Below, in pieces: positions 54,750-64,000 of a DNA stretch of 64,000 nt. Below the pieces are notes generated by a model. That model was not told the DNA's origin. It saw nothing but the letters and a program-made list of their open reading frames with translations, and searched no databases. The stretch is from the NCBI GenBank assembly GCA_027306655.1, contig DAHUZL010000143.1:10645-74644 (forward strand). Direction: 5' to 3'. Position numbers and translations under genes: made by a program. The DNA is from Candidatus Dormiibacterota bacterium. Its GTDB lineage: Bacteria; Chloroflexota; Dormibacteria; Aeolococcales; Bog-877. The first letter of the stretch is position 1. The number at the start of each line of letters is the position of its first letter.

Positions 54750-55492
54750 CCAGGGGCCCGGTGGTGACCATCGACGGCCCGGCGGGGGCCGGCAAGACCA
54801 CCGTGGGGCGCGAGCTGGCGTACCGGCTCGGCCTGCCCCTCCTCGACACCGGGCTCTTCTACCGGGCGCTCACGGTCGCCGTCGGGAGGGCGGGTGTGGG
54901 GGTGGGCGACCGGGTCGGGGCGGAGGCGCTGGCCCGGTCGGTCCGGATCGCGGTCGCCACCGACCCCGATCCGTCTCCCCGGGGCCCGCTCGCCACCGTG
55001 GACGGGGAGGATGTCACGGCCGAGCTCTTCGACCCGGGTCGGGCCGAGCTGCTCGCCTGGCTCGCTCAGCTGCGAGGGGTGCGACGGGCGTTGCTGCCCC
55101 CGCAGCAGCGGCTGGCCCGCCGGGGGGCGGTGGTCCTCGGCCGCGACGCCGGCAGCGTCGTCGTCCCGGCCGCCCTGTGCAAGCTCTACCTGGACGCCAG
55201 CCCGGCCGTCCGCGAGGCCCGCCGGGCCGCCGAGCTGCGCGGGCGGGGACGGGCCGCCGGCGCGGAGACGCTGCGCCGGGAGGTGACCGAGCGCGATCGC
55301 CTCGACCGATCCCGCCGCGAGGCGCCGCTGCGGGTGCCCCGGGACGCCACCATGATCGTCACCGACCGGATGTCGGTGGCGGAGGTCGTGGACGCCGCCC
55401 TGGAGGCGTGCCGGCGCGCCGGCCTCGCGATCCGCTCCCACGCCCGCCCGGGGGCGGAGCCGGGCGCCCTGCCCCCGGGCGGCTACGCTTGA
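54746..55492 (+). CDS. cmk: Cytidylate kinase
   Basis: IDGPAGAGK, DTG..YRA, GRD, RD..D..R..APL. Confidence 0.92.
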   Translation: MTRGPVVTIDGPAGAGKTTVGRELAYRLGLPLLDTGLFYRALTVAVGRAGVGVGDRVGAEALARSVRIAVATDPDPSPRGPLATVDGEDVTAELFDPGRAELLAWLAQLRGVRRALLPPQQRLARRGAVVLGRDAGSVVVPAALCKLYLDASPAVREARRAAELRGRGRAAGAETLRREVTERDRLDRSRREAPLRVPRDATMIVTDRMSVAEVVDAALEACRRAGLAIRSHARPGAEPGALPPGGYA

Positions 55493-58275
55493 CGGACGTG
55501 GACCCCCCATCCGGCGGCGTGGCGCCCCGGTCGCCGGATTGGGTCGCCTTCGACCTCGAGACCACCGGTCTCAGCCCCCGCGGCGATCGGATCATCGAGA
55601 TCGGGGCCGTCCGCTTCACGCGCGAGGGGGTGGTCGACACGTTCGCCACCCTGGTCGACCCCGGGGTGCCCATCCCGCTCGCGATCCAGCGGCTCTGCGG
55701 GATCGACGACGGGATGGTCGGGGCGGCCCCGCCCGCGGAGGCGGCGGTGGGCCGGTTGGCGGAGTTCGCCGGGGGGGCGACCCTGGTCGCCCACAGCGCT
55801 GCCTTCGACCTCGGCTTCTGCGCCGCGGTGCGGCCCGACGACTTCGCCCGGCGCGGTTGCGTCGACACCCTGGAGCTGAGCCGCATCCTCATGCCCGCGG
55901 CCCCGAGCCACAGCCTCGGCGAGCTCGCCCGAGCGCTCGGGCTCGGGCACGATCGGCCCCACCGGGCGCCCTCCGACGCCGACGCCACCCGGCTGTTGCT
56001 GCTCCACCTCCTGGAGCGGGTGGCGGCCCTGCCCCCCGGGGTGCGGGAGCGGATCGCCGCCCGCTGTGCCGGCCGCGCCTGGGCCACCGGCGCGCTGCTG
56101 GCCGCCGCCGCCGGGGGGGAGGAGGCGGGGCCGTCCGCGCCGCCGGCCCCGCCCGCCCCGGAGACGGCCGCGGCGCCGGACACCCCGGACGGCGGCGGGC
56201 GTCTGGACCCGGTCCGGATCGCCGCCCTGCTCGGACCCGACGGACCGCTGGCCGGGGACGGGGACGGCTACGAGCTCCGCGAGGGCCAGCAGCAGATGGC
56301 GATGGCGGTGGCGCAGGCGTTCAACCGCGGCGGCACCCTCCTGGTCGAGGCCGGCACCGGGGTGGGCAAGTCGCTCGCCTACCTGGTGCCGGCCCGCGAG
56401 TGGGCGGCGCTCCGGGGCGAGCGGGTGGTGGTCGCCACCCACACCGTGCCCCTGCAGGAGCAGCTGGCGCACCGGGACCTGCCCGCTTTGGAGCGCTGGC
56501 GGCCGCTCGGGGTGCGCTCCGCCCTGCTCAAGGGGCGCGGGCACTACCTCAGCCTGCGCCGCCTCGACCGGTGGCTGGCGGCGACCGACGGGCCGGGGGA
56601 GGAGCGCGGCGACCTCGACCGGCTCCGCTTCCAGCTCCGCTGCCTGGTCTGGGTGGCGGAAACCCCCACCGGCGACCGCGCCGAGCTGCGCCTCGGCGGG
56701 CCCGAGGCCGCGCTCTGGGACGAGGTCGGCTCGACCGTGGACGACTGCCTCGGTCCCCGCTGCGACAACTGGCAGAGCCGTCGCTGCTTCATGGTGCGGG
56801 CGCGGGCCGGCGCCCGCGATGCCGAGGTGCTGGTGGTGAGCCACGCCCTGCTGCTCGCCGACCTCGACAGCGGCGGCGCCATCCTGCCCCCCTACCGCCA
56901 CCTGGTGGTGGACGAGGCCCACCGCCTGGAGGAGTCGGCCACCGCCGGGGCGGGCGTGCGCCTGGGGGCGGCCGATGTCCTGCGGGTGATCGACCGGCTG
57001 CCGGTGGGGGCGCCCGGCGGGGGGGAGGGGCCGGGCGACGATCTTGCCGACCGGTTGGGGGCGGCCCGCGGCCATGCCGTGCGGGCGTTCGGGGCCTGCA
57101 AGGGCCTCCTCACCGCGGTCGGTGGCGGGCCCGACGGCGGCCGCGGGCGGACCCTGGCCCTCACCGACCAGGTCCGGCGCGGACCGCTCTGGCCGGCGGC
57201 GGCGCGCGCGCTGGGGCAGATGGCCGAGACCGCCTGCGATGCCGCCGCGGCGCTGCGCGCCGCCGATCCGGCGGCGGTCGCCGACCCCGCCCGCTGGCCG
57301 CAGCCGGCCAACGCCGGCCGCGAGCTCCAGGTCGCCGCCGAGGCGCTGGAGGGGGTGACGGCCGCCACCCGGCGCGTGCTCGCCGCCGCCTCCGACGCCG
57401 GCGCCGCCGAGGTGGCGTGGCTGGAGCTGGAGGGCGGCGAGCAGGCGGTGCTCCGGCTCGCCCCGGTGGCGGTCGGGGAACGGCTCCGGGCGCAGGTCTT
57501 CGACCGCTGCGACACCGTGGTGCTGACCTCGGGGACGCTCACCGTGGGCGGCTCCTTCTCGTACCTGCGCAGCCGGCTCCAGCTCCTGGCGGCGGAGGAG
57601 CTGGTGCTCCCCTCCACCTACGACTACCTGCGCCAGGCGGTGCTCTGCCTGCCCCGGCCGATGCCGGCCCCCGAGGACCCCCGCCACACCGAGGTGCTGA
57701 CCGAGGTGGTGGCCGACGTCGCCGTCCGTCTCGGCGGACGGACCCTGGTCCTCTTCACCGCCTTCGCGGCGCTGCGGGCGGCCCACGCCGCGCTCCGTCC
57801 CCGCCTGGAGGCGGAGGGCCTGGTCCTGCTCGGGCAGGGGCTGGACGGGACCCGCCAGCAGCTGCTGCGGACCTTCCGGGCCAATCCCCGCACGGTGTTG
57901 CTCGGCTCGGCGACCTTCTGGGAGGGGGTGGACGTGCCCGGCGACGCGCTCCAGTGCGTGATCATCAACAAGCTGCCCTTCCCGGTTCCCTCCGACCCCC
58001 TCTACCAGGCTCGGGCCCGCGGCTGCCGGGACGCCTTCCGCGAGGAGGCGCTACCCCAGGCGGTGCTGCGGCTGCGCCAGGGGTTCGGCCGGCTGGTGCG
58101 GACCACCACCGACCGGGGGGCGGTCGTCCTCGCCGACCCGCGGGTGCTGACCCGCGACTACGGGGCGGAGCTGCTCGCGGCGCTGCCCCGGGCGGCGACC
58201 GCCATCCGCCGCCCGGAGGCGATCGGCCCCACGATCCAGGACTTCCTCGCCGGGCGCGCGCTGGGGCCGGAATGA
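55489..58275 (+). CDS. dinG: DnaQ-like 3'-5' exonuclease fused to DinG-family helicase
   Basis: DLETTG and HRA..DA (DEDDh), EAGTGVGKS, DEAH, TSGT, FWEGVD, KLPF, QGFGRLVR. Confidence 0.92.
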   Translation: MTDVDPPSGGVAPRSPDWVAFDLETTGLSPRGDRIIEIGAVRFTREGVVDTFATLVDPGVPIPLAIQRLCGIDDGMVGAAPPAEAAVGRLAEFAGGATLVAHSAAFDLGFCAAVRPDDFARRGCVDTLELSRILMPAAPSHSLGELARALGLGHDRPHRAPSDADATRLLLLHLLERVAALPPGVRERIAARCAGRAWATGALLAAAAGGEEAGPSAPPAPPAPETAAAPDTPDGGGRLDPVRIAALLGPDGPLAGDGDGYELREGQQQMAMAVAQAFNRGGTLLVEAGTGVGKSLAYLVPAREWAALRGERVVVATHTVPLQEQLAHRDLPALERWRPLGVRSALLKGRGHYLSLRRLDRWLAATDGPGEERGDLDRLRFQLRCLVWVAETPTGDRAELRLGGPEAALWDEVGSTVDDCLGPRCDNWQSRRCFMVRARAGARDAEVLVVSHALLLADLDSGGAILPPYRHLVVDEAHRLEESATAGAGVRLGAADVLRVIDRLPVGAPGGGEGPGDDLADRLGAARGHAVRAFGACKGLLTAVGGGPDGGRGRTLALTDQVRRGPLWPAAARALGQMAETACDAAAALRAADPAAVADPARWPQPANAGRELQVAAEALEGVTAATRRVLAAASDAGAAEVAWLELEGGEQAVLRLAPVAVGERLRAQVFDRCDTVVLTSGTLTVGGSFSYLRSRLQLLAAEELVLPSTYDYLRQAVLCLPRPMPAPEDPRHTEVLTEVVADVAVRLGGRTLVLFTAFAALRAAHAALRPRLEAEGLVLLGQGLDGTRQQLLRTFRANPRTVLLGSATFWEGVDVPGDALQCVIINKLPFPVPSDPLYQARARGCRDAFREEALPQAVLRLRQGFGRLVRTTTDRGAVVLADPRVLTRDYGAELLAALPRAATAIRRPEAIGPTIQDFLAGRALGPE

Positions 58276-59156
58276 CGGCAGGGTCCCTTGCCCTGACCTG
58301 CCTGCAGACGGCCCCGCGCCTCGGGGACGTGGGCGCCAGCGCGGCCGACCTCGCCGACGCGATCGCGGAGGCGCGGCGCGCGGGGGCCGACCTGGTGGTC
58401 ACCCCCGAGCTCAGCTGCTCCGGCTACTTCCTGCGGGACCTGGTCCCGGAGGTGGCGGTGGCCGAGGACGGCCCCGAGCTGCTCGGCCTGGCCCGCGCGG
58501 CCGGCGACCAGTGGGCCCTGGTGGGGGCGGTGGTGGAGAGCCCCGACCACCTCTTCCACAACGCCGCCGTGCTGGTCGGACGGGGGCGGGCGCGGGTGGT
58601 CCACCGCAAGGTCTACCTCCCCACCTACGGGCTCTTCGACGAGCGCCGCTACCTCGCCGCCGGCGACCGGTTCGAGGTGGTCGACCTGGCCGGACGGGAC
58701 GGCGAAACCTGGCGTCTGGGGCTCTGCATCTGCGAGGACCTCTGGCACCCCTCGGCCCCCTGGCTGCTCAGCCTGCAGAGGATGGACCTGCTGGTCTGCC
58801 CCGCGGCCAGCCCGGGACGGGGGATGGAGCCGGGGGACGGCGGGCTGGGGTCGGCGGCCTCGGTCCAGGCGATGACCCGGACCTACGCCGAGCTGCTCAC
58901 CTGCTTCCTCGTCTACTGCAACCGGGTCGGAGTCGAGGACGGGGTGAGCTTCTGGGGCGGCAGCCGGGTGCTGGGCCCGGACGGGGCGCTCCTGGCGGGG
59001 CCCCTCGCCGACGACCGGGGCCAGCTGACGGCCGCCCTCGAGCGGGGCCACCTGCGGCGCGCCCGGATCGCCTACCCGCTCCTGCGCGACGAGCGGCCGG
59101 GGGTCGTCCGCGCCACCCTGCGCCGGCTTCGCGGCGGTGCCGGGCCGCCGGGGTGA
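58272..59156 (+). CDS. Nitrilase-family amidohydrolase (probable glutaminase subunit of NAD synthetase)
   Basis: E-K-C triad in PEL, HRKVYLPTYGLFDE.RY, ICED.W; overlaps the nadE start. Confidence 0.85.
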   Translation: MTAGSLALTCLQTAPRLGDVGASAADLADAIAEARRAGADLVVTPELSCSGYFLRDLVPEVAVAEDGPELLGLARAAGDQWALVGAVVESPDHLFHNAAVLVGRGRARVVHRKVYLPTYGLFDERRYLAAGDRFEVVDLAGRDGETWRLGLCICEDLWHPSAPWLLSLQRMDLLVCPAASPGRGMEPGDGGLGSAASVQAMTRTYAELLTCFLVYCNRVGVEDGVSFWGGSRVLGPDGALLAGPLADDRGQLTAALERGHLRRARIAYPLLRDERPGVVRATLRRLRGGAGPPG

Positions 59157-60001
59157 GCGGCGCAGCGGCGGCCGGCGGGCCGGATCCCCTCGCGATCGAC
59201 CCGGGGCGGGTGGAGCGGATCCTCTGCCGCTTCCTGGTGGAGGAGATGACCAAGGTCGGCTTCGACCGCGCCGTGGTGGGGCTCTCGGGCGGCGTCGACT
59301 CCGCCCTCGCCGCGTGGCTCTCTGCCCGGGCCCTCGGCCCGGAGCGGGTGCTGGCGGTCAGGATGCCGTACCGGGCCAGCGACCCGCGCAGCCTGGCCGA
59401 CGCCGACCTGGTGGTGGCGGCGACCGGGGTGGCAGCCCGCACCATCGACATCTCGCCCCAGATCGACTCCTACTTCGACCAGGTTCCCACCGACGACCGC
59501 CGCCGCCGGGGCAACAAGATGGCCCGCGAGCGGATGGCGGTGCTCTACGACCTGTCCCTGGTCGAGGGGGCGCTGGTCGTCGGCACCTCGAACAAGACCG
59601 AGCTCCTGCTCGGGTATGGCACGGTGTTCGGGGACATGGCGCACGCCCTCAACCCGCTCGGGGACCTCTACAAGACCCAGCTCTACCAGCTCGCCCGCCA
59701 CGCCGGCCTGCCCGAGCCGATCCTCGCCAAGGCCCCGAGCGCCGACCTCTGGAGCGGGCAGTCGGACGAGGAGGACCTCGGCTTCACCTACGCGGTGGCC
59801 GATCGGCTCCTCTACCAGCTGGTCGACGAGCGCCGGACCCACGAGGAGTGTGTCGACCTCGGCTTCCCGCCGGAGCTGGTGGCCCTGGTCCGGGAGCGGG
59901 TCCGCCGGAACCAGTTCAAGCGCCGCCTGCCGATCATCGCCAAGCTCTCCCGGCGCACCATCGACCGGGACTTCCGCTATCCCCGTGACTGGGGACGGTG
60001 A
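59153..60001 (+). CDS. nadE: NAD+ synthetase
   Basis: GLSGGVDS, N..AR.RM, GTSNKTE, DLYKT, PSADL. Confidence 0.94.
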   Translation: MSGAAAAGGPDPLAIDPGRVERILCRFLVEEMTKVGFDRAVVGLSGGVDSALAAWLSARALGPERVLAVRMPYRASDPRSLADADLVVAATGVAARTIDISPQIDSYFDQVPTDDRRRRGNKMARERMAVLYDLSLVEGALVVGTSNKTELLLGYGTVFGDMAHALNPLGDLYKTQLYQLARHAGLPEPILAKAPSADLWSGQSDEEDLGFTYAVADRLLYQLVDERRTHEECVDLGFPPELVALVRERVRRNQFKRRLPIIAKLSRRTIDRDFRYPRDWGR

Positions 60002-60704
60002 GCCCGGGCCGTTGGCCGGGGCCGGCACCCTCCACGTCGTCGGGACCCCGATCGGCAACCTCGGGGACGTCAGCCCCCGGGCGGCCGCGACCCTGGCCGC
60101 CGTCGGGCTGGTGGTGGCCGAGGACACCCGCCGGACCCGGCCGCTGCTCACCCACCTCGGCATCCACGTCCCCTGCTGGGGCCTGCCCGCGCCCCAGGAG
60201 GAGCGCCGCCTCCCCCGGGTGCTGGAGCGCCTCCAGCGCACCGACGTGGCGCTGGTGAGCGACGCCGGGATGCCCACGGTCAGCGACCCGGGGCGGCGGC
60301 TGGTGGCCGCGGCGCGGGCGGCCGGACATCAGGTGGTGGTGGTGCCGGGGCCGTGCGCCGCGGTGACCGCGCTCGCCGGCAGCGGGCTGCCCGCCGATCG
60401 ATTCGGCTTCCTCGGCTTCCTGCCCCGAAGCCCGGGGCGCCTCCGGCGGGCGGTCGCGGAGGCGGGGTCGGGGACCTTGGTCTTCTACGAATCCGCGCTG
60501 CGCCTGCCGCGCACGCTCGCCCTGCTCGCCCCCCAGCTGGACCGGCGTACGGTGGTGGTGGCCCGGGAGCTGACCAAGCGCCACGAGAGCTGGGAGACGG
60601 GCACCGCGGCCGAGCTGCTGCTGGCGTTCGCGGCCCGGCCCCCGCGGGGGGAGTGCACCGTGGTGGTCGGGCCCACCCCCGCCGCCGGGGCCGAGCTCCC
60701 GTGA
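59985..60704 (+). CDS. rsmI: 16S rRNA C1402 2'-O-methyltransferase RsmI
   Basis: TPIGNLGD, AEDTR, VSDAGMP.VSDPG, GFLP, YES, RELTK.HE. Confidence 0.93.
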   Translation: MTGDGEPGPLAGAGTLHVVGTPIGNLGDVSPRAAATLAAVGLVVAEDTRRTRPLLTHLGIHVPCWGLPAPQEERRLPRVLERLQRTDVALVSDAGMPTVSDPGRRLVAAARAAGHQVVVVPGPCAAVTALAGSGLPADRFGFLGFLPRSPGRLRRAVAEAGSGTLVFYESALRLPRTLALLAPQLDRRTVVVARELTKRHESWETGTAAELLLAFAARPPRGECTVVVGPTPAAGAELP

Positions 60705-61498
60705 CCGAGCCGATCACCCTGGTGGACGCCCACTGCCACCTCACCACCCTGGCGGAGGGCGGCCAGGACCTCGTCCCGGTCCTGGCCCGCGCCCACGCCG
60801 CGGGCGTCCACCAGGTGGTGACGAGCGCCGACGGAGTGGAGGAGGGGCGGCGGGCAGTGGCGCTGGCGGAGCGATTCACCGAGGTCTACGTCACCGTCGG
60901 CTGGCACCCCAGCCGGCCCCGCCCCCCCGACGACCTCGAGACGTCGGCGCTGACGGACCTCCTCCGCCACCCCAAGGTGGTCGGGGTGGGGGAGATCGGC
61001 CTCGATCACCTCGCGCGCCCCGGGATCCCGGTGACCCCGGCCTCGGTCCAGCTGGAGCAGTTCCGCCTGCTCCTGGACCTGGCCCGCGACGCCCGGCTGG
61101 GGGTGGTGGTCCACGACCGCCTCGCCCACGACGAGATCCTCACCGAGCTGGGCCGCCGCCGGGACCAGGCGGCCCTGCTGCACTGCTTCAGCGGCGACGC
61201 CGGCCTGGCCCGGCGGGCGGCCGGGCTGGGGCTGATCTGCTCGTTTGCCGGGATCGTGACCTTCCGGAATGCGCCGGGGCTGCGGCAGGCGGCGCAGGCG
61301 GTCCCCGCCGGCCACCTGGTGGTGGAGACGGACGCCCCCTTCCTCAGCCCCGAGCCCTACCGCGGGCGTCCCAACGAGCCGGCCCGGGTGGCCGTCACCG
61401 CGGCCCGGATCGCCGCGCTGCGGGGGGAGTGCTCGGCCACCGTCGCCACCGCGGCGACGGCCACCGCCCGCACCTTCTACCACCTGCCCGAGCCGTGA
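60701..61498 (+). CDS. tatD: TatD-family deoxyribonuclease
   Basis: DAHCH, GWHP, GEIGLD, HCF, ETDAPFL, NEP. Confidence 0.93.
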   Translation: MTEPITLVDAHCHLTTLAEGGQDLVPVLARAHAAGVHQVVTSADGVEEGRRAVALAERFTEVYVTVGWHPSRPRPPDDLETSALTDLLRHPKVVGVGEIGLDHLARPGIPVTPASVQLEQFRLLLDLARDARLGVVVHDRLAHDEILTELGRRRDQAALLHCFSGDAGLARRAAGLGLICSFAGIVTFRNAPGLRQAAQAVPAGHLVVETDAPFLSPEPYRGRPNEPARVAVTAARIAALRGECSATVATAATATARTFYHLPEP

Positions 61499-62385
61499 CC
61501 GGGGCCGGCCCGAGGCGGCGGTCGTCACTCGACCTCACCCGTCCCCAGACCGTGCGGGCGGTCGCGCGCCGCTTCGGGGTGCGGGCCCAGGCCGCCCTCG
61601 GCCAGCACTTCCTGGTCGACCCCGCCGCCCGTGACCGGATCGTGGCCGCGGTGGGGGCGGGCCCCGGGACCGTGGTCCTGGAGGTCGGCCCGGGGCTCGG
61701 GACCCTCACCCAGGCTCTCCTCGGCGCCGGGGCCGCCGTGGTCGCGGTCGAGATCGACCCCGCCTGCGTCGCCGCGCTCCGCCTCACGCTCCACCGCCGT
61801 CCGGGCGTACGGGTGGTCCTGGCCGACATCCTGCGCTGCGACCCCGCCGGCCTCGGCCTGGGTCCGGCGTACCGGGTCTGCGGCAGCCTGCCCTACTCGC
61901 TGACGGGCGTCCTCCTTCCCCGGCTGCTCGCCGCCGATCCCCCCCCCGAGCGGATCGCGGTCGTGGTCCAGCGCGAGGTGGCACGCCGGCTGGCGGCGCC
62001 GGCCGGGCGCTGGTCGCTGGCGACCCTGGCGGTGCGGCTGCTCGGGACGGTGCGCTGGGAGGGCGACCTGCCGCCGGAGGCGTTCTGGCCGCGGCCGGAC
62101 GTCCACAGCAGCCTGGTGGTGCTGGAGCCGCGGCCGGCGGCGCCGGCAGCCGAGCGCGCCCGCGCGCTCGGCCTGGCCCGGCTCGCCTTCCAGGGGCGTC
62201 GCAAGCAGCTCGCGGTCGGCCTCGCCCCCGCCCTCGCACTGACCCCCGGGGCCGTCCGCGCCTGGCTCGCCGGCCTCGGGATCGAGCCCACCCGGCGCCC
62301 CGGGACGCTGACTCTGGAGGAGTGGCTCCGGCTCGGAGGGGGGACGCCGCCGGGGCACCGGGAGAGCGGCGACCCTTTGCTATAG
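61495..62385 (+). CDS. rsmA: 16S rRNA dimethyladenosine transferase RsmA/KsgA
   Basis: LGQHFL, EVGPGLG, EID, SLPY, QREVA.RL, F.P.P.V.S, RRK. Confidence 0.9.
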   Translation: MTGAGPRRRSSLDLTRPQTVRAVARRFGVRAQAALGQHFLVDPAARDRIVAAVGAGPGTVVLEVGPGLGTLTQALLGAGAAVVAVEIDPACVAALRLTLHRRPGVRVVLADILRCDPAGLGLGPAYRVCGSLPYSLTGVLLPRLLAADPPPERIAVVVQREVARRLAAPAGRWSLATLAVRLLGTVRWEGDLPPEAFWPRPDVHSSLVVLEPRPAAPAAERARALGLARLAFQGRRKQLAVGLAPALALTPGAVRAWLAGLGIEPTRRPGTLTLEEWLRLGGGTPPGHRESGDPLL

Positions 62386-62393
62386 TCGCCGCC

Positions 62394-63755
62394 ATGGCGT
62401 CTCCGGCGCCCGACCCCGGCGTCGCGGCCGGCCTCGGGACGGGCGATATCGCCGGGCTCCGCCAGGTCCTCCAGAACCGCAATTTCCGCCGCCTCTGGCT
62501 CGCCCAGGTGGCGGCCCAGCTGGGCGATAAGTTCTTCGCCTTCTCGCTGCTGCTCTCGATCTACGCCCTCACCGGGCAGTACATCAGCGACGCGGTGCTC
62601 CTGCTCGCCTACACCATCCCCTCGGTTTTGCTCTCGGTCCCCGCCGGCCTCACCGCCGATCGCCGCGACAAGCGGCGCCTGATGATCGGGGCCAACGCCA
62701 GCCGGGCGGTGCTGGTGCTGCTGGTGGCGGTGCTGGAGCTGACCGGGGTGGCGCAGCACCAGGCCGCGCCGCTGTACCTGATCACCCTGGTCTTCGCCGG
62801 GGCGGGCCAGTTCTTCGCCCCCGCCGAGGCGGCCAGCATCCCGGTGCTGGTGCGCCGGGAGGAGCTGCTGGCGGCGACGTCCCTGTTCACGATGACGGTG
62901 ATCGTCACCATCGTGGTGGCGGTGCCGGCGGCGTCGCTGGCGCAGCGGCTGCTGGGCCTGGAGGGCCCCTACTACCTCGGCTGCGCCCTCTTTGTGGCGT
63001 CGACGGCCTGGATCTGGGCGATCCGGAGCCGGCTGGAGGGCGGCCCCCAGCTGGCCAGCGCGATCGACCGCCAGGGGCGCTCGCTCCGGCACGACCTCCG
63101 CAGCGCCTACGCCACGGTCCGCGACGACCGCCTGCTGCGCTTCGCCTTCGCGGTGCTGACGGCGGCGCTGGTGGTGGTCTTCACGATCTTCGCGCTCTCC
63201 GCCGGGTACATGGTCCACGTGCTCGGCCAGCCCGCCGCCAACAGCTACATCCTGCTGGTGCCGGCGACCGCCGGGATGGTGCTGATGGGCACCGTGGTGG
63301 GACGCTCCGGCGCCGCGGTGCATCGCACCCGGACGGTGGCGCGGGGCCTGCTCGCCACCGGGGGCGCCATGCTGGTCCTGGGCGTCCTGCCGCAGGCGCT
63401 CGCCCACGTCCACGTGGTCGGCGCCCTCATCCCGATCGCCGTCGGGCTGGCGGTGGTGTTCGGCCTCGGGCTGGGGGCGGTGCTGATCCCGGCGGTCACC
63501 CTGATCCAGGAGCAGACCGACGAGGCGACCCGGGGCACGGTCTTCGGCGGCGCCTTCGTCGCCATCAACCTCGCGATCGCGGTGCCGCTCTTGGTGGCGG
63601 GCCTGATCGCGGACGCCGTCGGGGCCAGCGTCGTGATCGCCGCCCTCGGGCTCCTGCTCATCGCCAGCGCGGTGATGGCGAACCGTCACCAGGCCCCGGC
63701 CGTCAGGCCGCGGCCGGGACGGGACACCGGTAACGGGGGTGTACCGGAGCCTTGA
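62394..63755 (+). CDS. MFS transporter (H+ antiporter/DHA3-like)
   Basis: NFRRLWLAQ..LGD, AGLTADRRDKRR (motif A), FFAPA, RGTVFG; ~12 hydrophobic segments. Confidence 0.9.
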   Translation: MASPAPDPGVAAGLGTGDIAGLRQVLQNRNFRRLWLAQVAAQLGDKFFAFSLLLSIYALTGQYISDAVLLLAYTIPSVLLSVPAGLTADRRDKRRLMIGANASRAVLVLLVAVLELTGVAQHQAAPLYLITLVFAGAGQFFAPAEAASIPVLVRREELLAATSLFTMTVIVTIVVAVPAASLAQRLLGLEGPYYLGCALFVASTAWIWAIRSRLEGGPQLASAIDRQGRSLRHDLRSAYATVRDDRLLRFAFAVLTAALVVVFTIFALSAGYMVHVLGQPAANSYILLVPATAGMVLMGTVVGRSGAAVHRTRTVARGLLATGGAMLVLGVLPQALAHVHVVGALIPIAVGLAVVFGLGLGAVLIPAVTLIQEQTDEATRGTVFGGAFVAINLAIAVPLLVAGLIADAVGASVVIAALGLLLIASAVMANRHQAPAVRPRPGRDTGNGGVPEP

Positions 63756-63847
63756 AGAATCGACCGCTCGGGCTCAGCGCCGGGGCGGGCGGGGTTGAAT
63801 GGGGGCGCCCCCGGGGGGGCACCGCCCACGATGGAGGATCCCGGACC

Positions 63848-64000
63848 ATGCGAGCGATCGTCACCTGTGAGGGATGCGGGTACCGCCAGACGGTGGCGCG
63901 CCAGCTCGACCGGCCGGAGTCCTTCCACCTCATCTGCCACGGCTGCGAGCGCACGCTCCTGGTCAGCGTCACGGCCATCGACATGCGCACCGCCCGGGCC
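63848..64000 (+). CDS. Small zinc-ribbon-like protein, truncated by the window edge
   Basis: SD GGAGG; MRAIVTCEGCG...LICHGCE (two CxxC). Confidence 0.6.
   Translation, partial: MRAIVTCEGCGYRQTVARQLDRPESFHLICHGCERTLLVSVTAIDMRTARA

Noticed and set aside
54367..59156. Apparent 1302-aa and 1205-aa giant ORFs
   Set aside because: N-terminal extensions overlap rluB/cmk or dinG in other frames; real starts are probably 55489 and 58272.
1..64000. CRISPR array, cas genes, rRNA
   Set aside because: No regularly spaced repeats, cas motifs or rRNA-like sequence seen by eye.

Overview
Very GC-rich bacterial chromosome segment, almost all genes on the + strand. Gene order mixes Bacillota-like and Actinomycetota-like conserved blocks; a Chloroflexota-related/Ca. 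Dormibacterota-type soil organism is my inference, not shown. Layout: (1) 0.4-9.4 kb housekeeping block rpsA-clpC-PIN/TRAM-ispD-ispF-cysS-rlmB-tRNA-Thr(UGU). (2) 9.4-13.0 kb decayed integrative element bounded by a direct repeat of the tRNA 3' end. It holds an IS256 fragment, a superinfection-immunity fusion gene, FtsK/SpoIIIE and probable Rep pseudogenes, and an intact HicAB. (3) 13-19 kb accessory genes: second HicAB, secreted proteins, SIMPL, SDR. (4) 19-28.6 kb GntR-flanked catabolic cluster: class III CoA-transferase, CitE-like lyase, Liv-type ABC transporter, HMG-CoA-lyase-like enzyme. (5) 28.6-64 kb housekeeping superoperons from rel-hisS-aspS to rsmA and an MFS transporter. Most notable are an orphan FtsA-like actin gene translationally coupled to a membrane-anchored baseplate-J-like gene between alaS and ruvX, and a kinase-degenerate RsbW-like anti-sigma paired with a SigB/F-type sigma. 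No CRISPR array or rRNA was seen. All calls come from motif recognition by eye; no searches were run.
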